This document shows, piece after piece, positions 36,054-36,794 of a DNA stretch of 36,794 nt (position 1 is the first letter of the stretch; each line of letters begins with the position of its first letter). The notes below the pieces were generated by a model. The model was given only the letters and a program-made list of their open reading frames with translations, had not been told where the DNA came from and did no database searches. Position numbers and translations under genes: made by a program. Origin of the DNA: Octopus sinensis (lineage: Eukaryota); the NCBI RefSeq assembly GCF_006345805.1, contig NW_021836866.1:1-36794 (forward strand), in the 5' to 3' direction.

Positions 36054-36165
36054 TTATTATTTTTATATTATATTATTATTATTATTATTATTATTATATT
36101 ATTATATTTATTGTATTAGTATTATTATATTATTACTATTATTATTATTAACATTATTATTATTT
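36008..36165. repeat. (ATC)/(ATT)n array at the 5' junction of the REL-LINE fragment
   Basis: Seen directly. Confidence 0.9.
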
Positions 36166-36175
36166 AACCACTGAT

Positions 36176-36375
36176 AAAGTGGCGAGCTGGTGGAATCTTT
36201 AGAGCGTCGGGAAAAAAATCTTGGTAGCTACGAGTTCAGTTCCAATGGAAGTTAATTTTGCTTTTCCTCCTTCCAGGATCGATAAAATAAAGTACCAGTC
36301 AAGTAATGGTGTCGATGTAATGGGATAGTTCCTTACCTTTCAAAATTGCTGGCCTTGTGCCAAAATTTCTGGCAA
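36176..36375 (+). mobile_element. Diverged SINE family A monomer
   Basis: gtggcgagctggtggaatc...gagttcagttcc...aaagtaccagt...ggccttgtgccaaaa. Confidence 0.7.
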
Positions 36376-36659
36376 TTATTTATCCCAGGATCAATGATGA
36401 AAGTAGAAGTATATAATCAAATGCACTCCATCCGTGACAATCATCCATTTCATATCCTATGTGCACGGAACCTTTGATCCTATTATCCAACGCGTCTGTT
36501 TTGAGATGACTTGATACGATTTGAGAGGGGTATTGACTGCTATTTCTCACAGACAAGAGCAACCAGGTCATAATAGGGTAAGATATAGAAGGGTATGTCA
36601 CGGACGGAGTGCATTTGATCATGTACTTGCTCTTTCAGCAATGATCTTGGACTAAATAA
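36376..36659. mobile_element. MITE-like foldback element (family G), 64-bp inverted arms
   Basis: 36376-36439 vs the reverse complement of 36596-36659 matches 53/64 ungapped; central ttgactgctatttct core. Confidence 0.75.
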
Positions 36660-36794
36660 GCGTTTGAAATATTGGCGCAAGTCCAACAATTTTGAAAGGG
36701 AAGGCTGTATTCTATTACATCGACTGCTATTTCTCGCGGAAAAAGACGACCAGGTTGTAGACGTTTATTTGTAGAGAACACAAGACCACCTTAT

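Overview
AT-rich eukaryotic non-coding DNA, either intergenic or part of a very large intron. It is saturated with di-, tri- and tetranucleotide microsatellites and short retroposons. The repeat repertoire resembles what I recall from Octopus genomes; this is an inference, not a database result. No intact protein-coding gene, rRNA, true tRNA gene or CRISPR array is supported, and nearly all listed ORFs are microsatellite artefacts. Recognisable content (family letters are my own labels): (i) about 24 copies or fragments of tRNA-derived SINE family A, some carrying a conserved 184-bp internal module in 2-3 copies; (ii) SINE family B with an internal microsatellite, and tRNA-headed SINE family E; (iii) four decayed fragments of restriction-like-endonuclease (REL) LINEs of R4/Dong type, three endonuclease C-termini and one RT piece; (iv) two copies of a ~530-bp non-tRNA element (C) with an (AAT)n tail; (v) several foldback/MITE-like elements and probable hAT and mariner ends. 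The most interesting system is an apparent microsatellite-targeted retroposon stack, in which REL-LINE fragments, element C and SINE A sit in and share (AAT/ATT)n tracts, apparently inserting into each other's tails.
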